A DNA stretch of 62,991 bases, filler included, from Nemertoderma westbladi (taxonomy: Eukaryota; Animalia; Xenacoelomorpha), in assembly GCA_032718475.1 (NCBI GenBank). It is 3 parts of 3 records of this genome, joined end to end, with 100 filler letters (N's around TTAATTAATTAA, not from the genome) between each part and the next. Parts side by side here need not be neighbours in the genome. Positions count along the whole stretch, not along the records: positions 19,133 to 40,633 come from JAUCBJ010008075.1; 2 more parts are not named here. One strand, written 5' to 3'. Every line of letters starts with the position of its first letter. Position 1 is the first letter of the stretch. Below the pieces are notes generated by a model. The model saw only the letters and a list, made by a program, of their open reading frames with translations. It was not told the origin of the DNA and did no database searches. Shown one piece after another: positions 24,834-36,900 of the stretch. A program made the position numbers and the translations under genes.

Positions 24834-27800
24834 CAGGGCATTCTAGACCCCGCTCACACCTAACCCCAAGGGGCGTCTAGACCCCGCTCTATACCTAACC
24901 CCAAGGGGCGTCTAGACCCCGCTCACACCTAATCCCAAGGGGCGTCTAGGCCCCGCTCTATACCTAGCCCCCAGGGGCGTCTAGACCCCGCTCTATACCT
25001 AGCCCCCAGGGGCGTCTAGACCCCGCTCATACCTAGCCCCAAGAGGCGTCTAGGCCCCGCTCTATACCTAGCCCCCAGGGGCGTCTAGACCCCGCTCTAT
25101 CCCTAGCCCCCAGGGCCGTCTAGACCCCGCTCTATACCTAGCCCCCAGGGGCGTCTAGACCCCGCTCTATCCCTAGCCCCCAGGGCCGTCTAGACCCCGC
25201 TCTATACCTAGCCCCAAGAGGCGTCTAGGCCCCGCTCTATACCTAGCCCCAAGGGGCGTCTAGACCCCGCTCTATACCTAGCCTCAAGGGCCGTCTAGAC
25301 CCCGCTCTATACCTAGCGCCCAGGGCCGTCTAGACCCCGCTCTATCCCTAGCCCCCAGGGCCGTCTAGACCCCGCTCTATACCTAGCCCCAAGGGGCGTC
25401 TAGACCCCGCTCTATACCTAGCCCCCAGGGGCGTCTTGACCCCGCTCTATACCTAGCCCCCAGGGCCGACTAGACCCCGCTCTATACCTAGCCCCAAGGG
25501 GCGTCTAGACCCCGCTCTATACCTAGCCTCAAGGGGCGTCTAGACCCCACTCTATACCTAGCCCCAAGGGGCGACTAGACCCCGCTCTATACCTAGCCCC
25601 CAGGGCCGTCTAGACCCCGCTCTATACCTAGCCCCAAGGGGCCGTCTAGACCACGCTCTATACCTAACCCCTAGGGGCGTCTAGACCCCGCTCATACCTA
25701 GCCCCAAGAGGCGTCTAGACCCGCTCTATACCTAGTCCCAAGGGCCGCCTAGACCCCGCTCTATACCTAGCCCCCAGGGCCGCCTAGACCCCGCTCTATA
25801 CCTAGCCCCAAGGAGCGTCTAGACCCCGCTCTATACCTAGCCCCAAGGGGCGTCTAGACCCCGCTCTATACCTAGCCCCAAGGGGCGTCTAGACCCCGCT
25901 CTATACCTAGTCCCAAGGGCCGCCTAAACCCCGCTCTATACCTAGCCCCCAGGGGCGTCTAGGCCCCGCTCTATACCTAGCCCCCAGGGGCGTCTAGACC
26001 CCGCTCTATACCTAGCCCCCAGGGGCGTCTAGACCCCGCTCATACCTAGCCCCAAGAGGCGTCTAGGCCCCGCTCTATACCTAGCCCCCAGGGGCGTCTA
26101 GACCCCGCTCTATCCCTAGCCCCCAGGGCCGTCTAGACCCCGCTCTATACCTAGCCCCCAGGGGCGTCTAGACCCCGCTCTATCCCTAGCCCCCAGGGCC
26201 GTCTAGACCCCGCTCTATACCTAGCCCCAAGAGGCGTCTAGGCCCCGCTCTATACCTAGCCCCAAGGGGCGTCTAGACCCCGCTCTATACCTAGCCTCAA
26301 GGGCCGTCTAGACCCCGCTCTATACCTAGCGCCCAGGGCCGTCTAGACCCCGCTCTATCCCTAGCCCCCAGGGCCGTCTAGACCCCGCTCTATACCTAGC
26401 CCCAAGGGGCGTCTAGACCCCGCTCTATACCTAGCCCCCAGGGGCGTCTTGACCCCGCTCTATACCTAGCCCCCAGGGCCGACTAGACCCCGCTCTATAC
26501 CTAGCCCCAAGGGGCGTCTAGACCCCGCTCTATACCTAGCCTCAAGGGGCGTCTAGACCCCACTCTATACCTAGCCCCAAGGGGCGACTAGACCCCGCTC
26601 TATACCTAGCCCCCAGGGCCGTCTAGACCCCGCTCTATACCTAGCCCCAAGGGGCCGTCTAGACCACGCTCTATACCTAACCCCTAGGGGCGTCTAGACC
26701 CCGCTCATACCTAGCCCCAAGAGGCGTCTAGACCCGCTCTATACCTAGTCCCAAGGGCCGCCTAGACCCCGCTCTATACCTAGCCCCCAGGGCCGCCTAG
26801 ACCCCGCTCTATACCTAGCCCCAAGGAGCGTCTAGACCCCGCTCTATACCTAGCCCCAAGGGGCGTCTAGACCCCGCTCTATACCTAGCCCCAAGGGGCG
26901 TCTAGACCCCGCTCTATACCTAGTCCCAAGGGCCGCCTAAACCCCGCTCTATACCTAGCCCCCAGGGGCGTCTAGACCCCGATCTATACCTAGCCCCAAG
27001 GGGCGTCTAGACCCCGCTCTTTACCTAGTCCCAAGGGCCGCCTAGACCCCGCTCTATACCTAGCCCCCAGGGCCGCCTAGACCCCGCTCTATACCTAGCC
27101 CCAAGGGGCGTCTAGACCCCGCTCTATACCTAGCCCCAAGGGGCGTCTAGACCCCGCTCTATACCTAGTCCCAAGGGCCGCCTAAACCCCGCTCTATACC
27201 TAGCCTCCACGGCCGTCTAGACCCCGCTCTATACCTAACCCCCAGGGTCGTCTAGACCCCGCTCTATACCTAGCCCCAAGGGGCGTCTAGACCCCGCTCT
27301 ATACCTAGCCCCAATGGGCATCTAGACCCCGCTCTATACCTAGCCTCCAGGGCCGTCTAGACCCCGCTCTATACCTAACCCCCAGGGTCGTCTAGACCCC
27401 GCTCTATACCTAGCCCCCAGGGTCGCCTAGACCCCGCTCTATACCTAGCCCTAAGGGGCGTCTAGACCCCGCTCTATACCTAGCCCCAAGGGGCGTCTAG
27501 ACCCCGCTATATACCTAACCCCCAGGGGCGTCCAGACCCCGCTCATACCTAGCCCCAAGAGGCGTCTAGACCCGCTCTATACCTAGCCCCAAGGGGCGTC
27601 TACACCCCGCTCTATACCTAGCCCCCAGGGTCGTCTAGACCCCGCTCTATACCTAGCCCCAAGGGGCGTCTAGACTCCGCTCTATACCTAGCCCCAAGGG
27701 GCGTCTAGACCCCGCTCTATACCTAGCCCCAAGGGGCGTCTAGACCCCGCTCTATACCTAGTCCCAAGGGGCGTCTAGACCTCGCTCTATACCTAGCCCC

Positions 27801-28995
27801 CGCTCTATACCTAGCCCCAAGGGGCGTCTAGACCCCGCTCTATACCTAGCCCCAAGGGGCGTCTAGACCCCGCTCTATACCTAGCCCCAAGGGGCGTCTA
27901 GACCCCGCTCTATACCTAGCCCCCAGGGTCGTCTAGACCCCGCTCTATACCTAGCCCCAAGGGGCGTCTAGACTCCGCTCTATACCTAGCCCCAAGGGGC
28001 GTCTAGACCCCGCTCTATACCTAGCCCCAATGGGCGTCTAGACCCCGCTCTATACCTAGTCCCAAGGGGCGTCTAGACCTCGCTTTATACCTAGCCCCCG
28101 CTCTATACCTAGCCCCAAGGGGCGTCTAGACCCCGCTCTATACCTAGCCCCAAGGGGCGTCTAGACCCCGCTCTATACCTAGCCCCCGATCTATACCTAG
28201 CCCCAAGGGGCGTCTAGACCCCGCTCTATACCTAGCCCCAAGGGGCGTCTAGACCCCGCTCTATACCTAGTCCCAAGGGCCGCCTAGACCTCGCTCTATA
28301 CCTAGCCTCCAGGGCCGTCTAGACCCCGCTCTATACCTAACCCCCAGGGTCGTCTAGACCCGGCTCTATACCTAGCCCCCAGGGCCGCCTAGACCCCGCT
28401 CTATACCTAGCCCCAAGGGGCGTCTAGACCCCGCTCTATACCTAGCCCCAAGGGGCGTCTAGACCCCGCTCTATACCTAGCCCCAAGGGGCGTCTAGACC
28501 TCGCTCTATACCTAGTCCCAAGGGCCGCCTAGACCCCGCTCTATACCTAGCCCCAAGGGGCGTCTAGACCCCGCTCTATACCTAGCCTCCAGGGCCGTCT
28601 AGACCCCGCTCTATACCTAGCCCCAAGGGTCGTCTAGACCCCGCTCTATACCTAGCCCCAAGGGGCGTCTAGACCCCGCTCTATACCTAGCCCCAAGGGG
28701 CGTCTAGACCCCGCTCTATACCTAGCCCCAAGGGGCAACTAGACCCCGCTCTATACCTAGCCTCCAGGGCCGTCTAGACCCCGCTCTATACCTAACCCCA
28801 AGGGTCGTCTAGACCCCGCTCTATACCTAGCCCCAAGGGCCGCCTAGACCCCGCTCTATACCTAGCCCCAAGGGGCAACTAGACCCCGCTCTATACCTAG
28901 CCTCCAGGGCCGTCTAGACCCCGCTCTATACCTAGCCCCAAGGGCCGTCTAGACCCCGCTCTATACCTAGCCCCCAGGGGCGTCTAGACCCCGCG
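24834..28995. repeat. 35-bp GC-rich minisatellite (CTAGACCCCGCTCTATACCTAGCCCCAAGGGGCGT), about 119 copies
   Basis: Direct tandem repetition, including a ~1013-bp higher-order duplication. Confidence 0.97.
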
Positions 28996-29517
28996 GAAAA
29001 ACACCGACAACCTGTTATTAACACCGAATGAAATGCACCAGTGACGTGTACTTACATAAATATTTTTTTGATATGTTCAACCACCCCCCCCCCCCCCCCC
29101 CCCCCCCTCAATAATAAATAAATAAATACATAAATATATTTTGATACGTTGGTGACCGTTCCGAGCACAACTCCTCACCTATTTGAAATACATTGTATGA
29201 AAACATTAAATGTATGTAAATAATTTTTCTATGATAAATAAAAATGTGCAAAAATTTCACAGTTAAATAACACCTTGTTAAATATAGTTAAATAAATACC
29301 ATCCTGCTGTAATAACAAGGTAACACAACACTCTCTCAAATGTCCCGCTGTCCCACCTCTTGCCGAACTGTCTTCAGCAAATAATTAATAAAATAACTCT
29401 GAATACTAATAATTTCTTTTATTAATATTTTTTTTGTATATTTTTAAAATCACACAACGATTTACGACGCTGGTGGTGTTGTGTATAGACTATATATTTT
29501 AATAATAATATTTTCAG

Positions 29518-30595
29518 ATGGCGCAAATCGAAGTTATAACCCTAGCCCAGTTGCAAGAGAATTCTAACGATATTGAGTTCTCTCCTGAAGGGAATAGACT
29601 ATTCGCTACAATTCTACACGTAACCAGGCCGTCAGCAACGATAGACAAATACAAAACTGTTAAGGTTGCCGAGACGAAGAGGACCATAAAGGAACCCATT
29701 TATGATAGAATGTTTGTTATGGGCGATATGGCTGAGTCGAGGTGCTATGTTATGTTTACGGATAATTCGCGGGAATCGGCTAAAGTTCTGAAGTATAAAG
29801 AATTTACCATCGGCTCAGTCGTTGCAATAAAGGAACCATTGATTGACGGGTTCCTTGGTAACGACATGGATAACCCCATGGTAGTTACCTTCTACCCGCT
29901 CCTCCCCGCCACACCCGCGGCCGCTATCCTTGGAAGGGAAAGTTGGATTTCAGCAATTCCTTTTGAGGAATTTGAATCTAAGGTTGGACTGCGGCCGCGT
30001 GGTGTCGCCAACGTGTGGCGGTTGGCTCTGTGACAGACGGGAGGAGCTGGGACCCGTCAGTCAATGTGTTTGCGTGACAAAACCACAGGAACGCGGATGG
30101 GCGTTGTCGTTGCGAGCGCGGTGCTTTAACAACGACATCATCATAGATTTTGGAATGGCTTACGTAAGTTGGAGTCTTACTAAATTATTTGTTTCATCTC
30201 AGTCGCTGAATCTGCCACCCTCCCTCATTGACGAAGATGGGTTAAGGCAATGCATCCGCGGCATTGCTGCAGCTGTGAATAATGGCGGTGGTTGGACAGT
30301 CACGGGCTGGTACAAGTGCGCAGTATCGAAGGAGGACGCTACTACCAGCGCTGTGAATGAGCTTCACATATCAACGTTGAAGCCGTCCAACCCCGTTAAT
30401 ATTGAGAACATGAAATATCGCCGTGCCGCCCCTCTCGTTCCTGTGGTTCATGTTCTACAACCTCGACTGGTCCCGATAATTCAGGTCGCCCCAGTTCCTG
30501 ATGTTTTGGGTCCCGATGCTGCTGATGCGCCACCAGAGGTACCGTTACAAGCTGATCCCGAAGCTGCCGTTGATTCGTCACCAGATCCAGAATAA
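29518..30595 (+). pseudogene. Uncharacterised ~360-aa protein split by one frameshift near 29930 (beta-rich N-half, Cys cluster, GGWTVTGWYK motif)
   Basis: Two overlapping protein-like ORFs (29518-30033, 29930-30595) in GC-richer DNA; TTTTCAG acceptor directly before ATG. Confidence 0.6.
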
Positions 30596-32452
30596 TCCAG
30601 ATGTACAGGCTGATTAACTGTTATTTTTATAAGTAGACCTAGGCCTACAGATATTATATTACGACGCCGGTACCGTTACCGGCAAAAGTAGAATAAGTCT
30701 AAAAGTAGAATATATACGTATGGTAATGCGGTATGGTACTGCGGTACGGTACACACACAGTACTGCAGAACAGCAGTTTTCCAGTATCATTTCGTACATA
30801 TCCAGTCAGCCAGTTCGGCAGTTTACATATTATAACAGTATATAATGCAGTAATGTTAGCCTACTGTTAGTTAATTTTATTTATAGGCTAGAGTGTACGG
30901 GTTTTATAAGCAATAGCTTCTTATATCCTATTATCATTAAATCAAATATTATGTATAATAATATGTTATGCAGTTCTGTGTATTTTGTTATTACAGTAGG
31001 CCGGCCTACATCAGTATTATGCTATTATGTGTACATTGTAGTAGGCTTAGTACCGTACTTGTTTATCAATATAATTATAATAGGTCTACCGGTATGTGCT
31101 TACAGTATTATAAACTAATATTTCTATCATTGTAATGCATTCTTTCTACCCAAAACAGTAAACTTATTGCCTTTTAACCTGTGTAAAACTCCACCTTTTG
31201 TAACGTTTTTATCTTTTCCTGTCCACTAACGGTACTGTTGTATCTCGTAGTTATTGAACTATTACCATATATTGACTAAGTTATGTTATTACATTTCTGT
31301 GCACGCTGTCTCTACTCTACTGACTGTACTGTACTACTGTACATGTGTACAATTATTATTATGTAATTTGCTTCTAACTTATTAATGTTTATATTACCCC
31401 TGAAATTTTTAAGCCTTACAAGATGGACACATTTCATTTGAATCTCGGGTTCTCAAGATTATAAAATCAATGACACAAAATTATTTTCAAAAATTGGAGA
31501 CAGACACCTTTATTTTCTAAAATATTCACAAATAATATTTATTTAGAAAGTTCAGTTCGGTAACATTAATGGAGTGTTTTTTAACCTTCAGAACATAAAA
31601 GATTGAAGGAACTACTGTACAACATCGCAACGAAACTAAAAAAAGTAGAAATATTTTACAATTTTATTAAAACAGAAAAACTTTTATTTTGATACATATA
31701 TTCAACGTATAAGACGTTTTGTGTTATAATTTAGCACTTTAAAATCAAAAACATATATTAAGTCTGTTTTAAACTGATGAGGGTTGACATTAAGGATGTA
31801 AACTGTAATACTTAGAAACTTTCACTTTCTACCCATCCGTAGGCCTACTTCAGCTCAGCTCTCAGCTCTCGGAGCAAATACCACACCCTGGTTTGCCATT
31901 CCACAGGGTGGGTGGAGTCAGATATGAGGCCCATCACCCATAATCTACTCTGGCGCACATGACCCACCATTGGCTGTGCAGCTCATCTGCTGGGTCATGC
32001 CCTGTACCCCTGCTGCCATGTGCAGGTCGCAGTGAAGTGCACTCAGAGTGAACATGAGAACACTCTACTCCTGACCAGCCATTGGTAGATCACCATCTGC
32101 AGGCCATATACCCCTGCAGCCAAGTATATGGGTCCTTAATCCAGGACCAACAGCGTCCTCATCCCAGAACGAAGGGGGTCCTAGTTACAGGACCAGATTT
32201 GCCCTAGTAAGAGGGTCTATGCAGCTACAGGTGGCACCTCCTTTTTGCTGCATGGAGGTGGCAAGTTTTCTTGATCAATGACCTAAAATACCTGACCTGA
32301 CTTAAGGCCTACTAAGGCCTACTTAATGCTTTGCTTTTGTTATTTGTATGTAATATATTTATATTTTGTATGTATTTTTTATATTTTTGGTGAATAATAC
32401 TGATAATCTCCATGATTGAAAAGTTTATAGTTTATTATTAATAATATATTTC

Positions 32453-33615
32453 TGTAAAAGCTTTTGCGGATATAACCAGTCATGTTCTCCGCAATATACC
32501 GTGTAGGTGTTTTAGCGGACATAACAAGCCATTTCCCCCGCAATGCGCAGTATAGGTGCTTTAGCGGACATAACAAGCCATTTTCACCGCAATGCGCTTA
32601 ATACTCTAAAAGACTGGAACTCAGATGACGAAATCTGTCAGCTGATTTACTGTAAACGTGGAACATCTCTTTGTCCAGCTCGCTCAGCTCAGCCAATCAG
32701 AGCGATTTTCATTTTATCTTGTACAGAGGCCTACGGAAAACCGCGCAATGCATTACGGTCTTTGTTTACCTTTCTGAGCGAGAGAACTGCTTGGAAATTC
32801 TTCTGTACTTCTGTGTTGGAAGTTTCAGACTTTGACCTAAACATCAGAAACATCAGATGGCTTTGATTACAAGAACGTAAAACTATTAACGCGGCACTAC
32901 GCAACGCGATTCAACTACCGCATCACACCGCAATTCATGCATTGCTGCACATGGAACACTGCATAAGTAACACATACTGACTGTTCACCGCATTATTTGA
33001 TTCTGTTATTAATTGGTGTTATGTTGGTGTATATTGCTGATATATTTGGAGAATACCGATGAATAATCATAAAACCCCCAATCTTCTTGATTACTAAAGG
33101 TTAGAGCAACTGCGACTTACATTATAGTGGTTTTTGTGTGAATTGAATGCTATTTCATAATCCCTACATGTGTCAGTTGCGATCCTCCTTATATATGATC
33201 AAATTCAGTGACGGTCGGCAGAACAGTGCGCAGTAGTGTGAACTAGTGTGAAGGTTAATAAAGCATCTCCTAAAGAATGCGCTTTTTACGAAACTCAGTA
33301 GCCATCCAGTTGTGATTAGTATAAGTCATAACTCTGTTTTATACTTAAAGCGCCACGTCCTAAAGGAACTGTTAATATTTCCCCGAAAGTGAATAATATT
33401 GTCAGAGATTATATATTGACGATCAATCGAATAATACAGTAGGTCTACACTGCAATCACTATCAAAGCATCCGAATCCAGTCTCCCTTAACTGTGGGTGA
33501 ATGATCGCGCACAGGCTGGCTTCGGCTGATGTAACTTCAGTACATTAAATAATTGATATACAAAAGACAATTAAAATTGGCAGGTTAAACTGCTAAAGGT
33601 CTAAAAGCGCGAACA
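32453..33615 (+). mobile_element. Solo LTR, copy B (1163 bp; BEL- or Gypsy-type)
   Basis: TGTAAAAG...GCGCGAACA termini; exact 5-bp TSD ATTTC at 32448-32452 and 33616-33620; CCAAT box near 32694. Confidence 0.85.
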
Positions 33616-34869
33616 ATTTCATAAATGGCATGCCTCTGTTCATTTTATATTGCAAAGAATACTGTTACAGTGGTATCCTTTTATATAATTCATTAATCTC
33701 AATCATTGTTCAACTCTATAATCGCGCCATTTTGAAATTAATATGCATTCGATATTGGATATTGTTTACACGAATAAATTAGAGATTCCACATCAATCAT
33801 ATTATTTTTCATTTAGTTTTGGTCGACTAATAGTCACACAAATTATTATCGTTTTGCATTGAGTTGCAATCACTTAAGGTATGAGCGGCTTATTGAATGT
33901 GTTATAATGTGATACAGTATACCTCATGTTGATAATCGGCTTGCACTAAGTGGCAGTGTCGGCGGACCCAGCTATGTAGCACCCCCAAATTTCGCGGTCT
34001 CCCATGTAGTATACTTTCCCTTTTCATTCCTATTCTCAAGTCCTGTGACTTGAGCAGGCGTTTCATGAAATTCATTGGCTGCCCATCACATCTATTCTAC
34101 AGTATCACCGCTCAAGATTGTGTTAGGCATAGAGGTTGATTATGCCGGCGGGAACAGTGTCAATCAAACTTCAGGTGGTGTATATGCAGGATAATGCTTT
34201 GATATAGCTACTGCATAATGTAAGACTGCATGTACTGACTGGCGTAAAATAACCTCAAACATTAAATTAGAGTATTGTGCGTTTAAAAGCTACTTTTAAT
34301 ATTAAAACATAAAGCAATTGCAGTGTCGTTACGGTTGCAGTGTCTTGACGTATTTTGTGACAAAACAATAAATCATTTTTTTCATATGCAACCAATGAGC
34401 TCGAGATTACTTTTTCCTTTTGTGGTCAATGCGGGTGTTCTACTTTATGCATCAATGGTATTGATACTATACAGTAACATATCTACAGTACTTTAAATAC
34501 TAAGAACATGAGGGGAACTGTTTGTGTTATTGGTTTTCATGGAATGGTGATCATTACATATTTCTGATTGGTGACGAATGTAGGAATAGGTTGATTAAAG
34601 GAAAGGAGCAGGTTACAGTTGTACGTTATTCTAACCAAATAAATAATTATCGATGGATATTAGCGCAGGGAAACATTTAAATGTTTAAAGGGATGAAGTA
34701 AATTTTGACATTCTTCTCATACTTATGTCATTGTATATTATCATCATGATTGAATACAAAACATTCACATTAAGCATTTATTTGAAGTATCTATATGAAT
34801 TTGCAATGTTTTTTACATTTCAACTACTGTATGACAAAACTATGTATCGGACACTCCATGGCTATCCAC

Positions 34870-35059
34870 CCCTTGCTTTACTCCCCCTGCAGAAGCCAGG
34901 TCCCATTATACCGCTGGGTTTGCGTAAGCACTAATGTCTAAAGTGTCTTGCTTAGGGACACAACAATGTGAAATTTCTACAGCCTTTAGTCGGATTTGAA
35001 CCTGCGCCGCCAATCACAAATGTGAAGGCAGTTCAGGCGCTGTGACACGCTTGGACACT
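34870..35059 (-). mobile_element. tRNA-derived SINE, degenerate
   Basis: Minus strand has B box GGTTCAAATCC followed by GTTGTGTCCCTAAGCAAGACACTT, resembling a common SINE2 body motif. Confidence 0.6.
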
Positions 35060-35324
35060 TATATAGTAAGTAAGAACTTATAGTTTTTATATTTAAAAGT
35101 CTAACCATAACTATAAAATATTTTAAAAGACATCACGATTAACACTATACTAAATGATAAATATTGTATGTCTTTCAACTATATTATATATATGGTTACT
35201 TTATTAAATATTGTTAAAAAGTACGGTAAGGGAACATTTTTAGTAATTGAATTGGCAATTACAATTGGCACGAATGCTTTAAAGAGACTAGCCAGGGCGC
35301 ATCTCTGCCTTGCATCCTAAATGA

Positions 35325-35538
35325 GGGTATTGGGTCGAAGGTCCGAATGAGAAGAAGGTCCGAAATTGGCGTCGCTTAGTCTTGTCATAGATTTAACTGT
35401 AACCTGTCACATTGACTCTCGTTTATTGTTTTGGTTAGAATAACCTGCCACTGTAGTCTGCTCCTTTCCCTTTACCTACCTATTCGGACCTTCGTCCCAT
35501 TCGGAACTTCGTCCTATTCGGACCTTCGTCCTGGAACC
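35325..35538. mobile_element. Short foldback MITE with GGACCTTCG subterminal repeats
   Basis: GAAGGTCCGAA repeats at left, TTCGGACCTTC repeats at right; TAAATGA-like flanks on both sides. Confidence 0.6.
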
Positions 35539-36149
35539 TAAAATGAATACTGGTGTTTTTTCTGTGAAATATAGTTCTGTGGGTATCGCACTGGAAATAC
35601 ATTTTATTTCTTTACTTTACTTTAATTTATTTTGCATTGTCTTTAATGCAATAGTTTTCACAAATGTAAAATATATCAAATTGTCTCTTAATATTTATTT
35701 TATTAAAATTGTATGTGACAAACATTGATACTACCACAATTATTTCAATAGTAGGCCTACTCACAACCATTGATGATATAAGTAAATTTTAAATAATCAG
35801 TTTTAATTTTCAATAATTGATATACAGTAAAAAATATGTTGTATATACTACCATTATTCCTACTAATTAATCCAATTAATTCACGTCACCGGTATGAATT
35901 ATCTACCTATTTAGTTAGACCAGTGTACTGGGTTGTTGTGTCAACTTAAATGAGATAATTTATTTAAACGGATTCTGAAAGGTAATAAAATGTAAATATG
36001 TGTCATGCTTTAATCTGTTGGATTAGCATCCCATGTTCATATCTATATACAGTAGATTTATACCTTTCATTATATATATAGTCATTAACACTAACGTTTA
36101 ACTAATAAAATTCACGCACATGCAGGTTTATCTCTTTTACAGATGTATA

Positions 36150-36900
36150 ATTTCATAGGATATATTCCTACCTACTTTGGCCTAGCCAATGGATGCGCAT
36201 TAATTGATGGTAATTCGCCCCATTATTGGTTGATCTACTTTCTCTCGGCCAAAGCCATCTTTTCCCTTTGGCCTTTATGCTAGCTTCTTCCCGGAGATGA
36301 GCTGGCATCTCTCCCTCAGGCTGGCAATGTATATTGCCCTGGTTTGTTGGTATATCGTATAGCCAATCATGATTCGTAAATCATGACTTTCCCCATTTTC
36401 CGCTGGGTGGTGCAGCGAATTGGATCCGCGAACACCCCCCCCCCCCCATGCTATCTTCCCAGTGAGAAGATAGCAACAACCTCTAGTGCGCCCCAATTCC
36501 GCTGGAATCCAATCTAACATTGGATGTAGGGTGGAATTATTTTCTTGGGGCCAGCTTTCCAGACTAGCCCCTCTGGGTCTGTTCTCACTACCCATCCTTG
36601 ATACATGCGAGCTAAGTTGTACCAAGGTATCTGGTGTCTCTGTTTAGACGATCGCCCTTTCTCCTCACTCAATTTTTCTAACCTGGACTCTATCATCCAA
36701 TCCCCTCACCTCACTAGTCCCATAGGACACATCCTCCACTCTCTGCTCGCCCTCCACATTTGGATCTCGCACTCTTCTCTTTCCCCCCCCCCCCAAACTC
36801 TAACATCTCTTCCCCATGCCCCTTTGATACTCAACACCGGTTTTAGTCTCACTCTCTGCACTCCTGTCGGGTTCCCACATTCTCATTCGTGCGGCCGCAC
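36150..36900 (-). pseudogene. Highly decayed LTR-retrotransposon integrase-like remnant
   Basis: KIIPP, ELGRTR...LL...IAW and HHPAENGES resemble integrase zinc-binding and YHPxxNG core motifs, broken by frameshifts. Confidence 0.35.

Noticed and set aside
31850-32285. GC-richer, CpG-poor block with a possible acceptor and Cys/His residues on the - strand
   Set aside because: Stops in all frames; at most a decayed TE coding remnant that I cannot assign
33346-33379. HDV-like ribozyme reading of AAGCGCCACGTCCT
   Set aside because: P3 cannot be closed with three pairs and no matching P1/P1.1 was found
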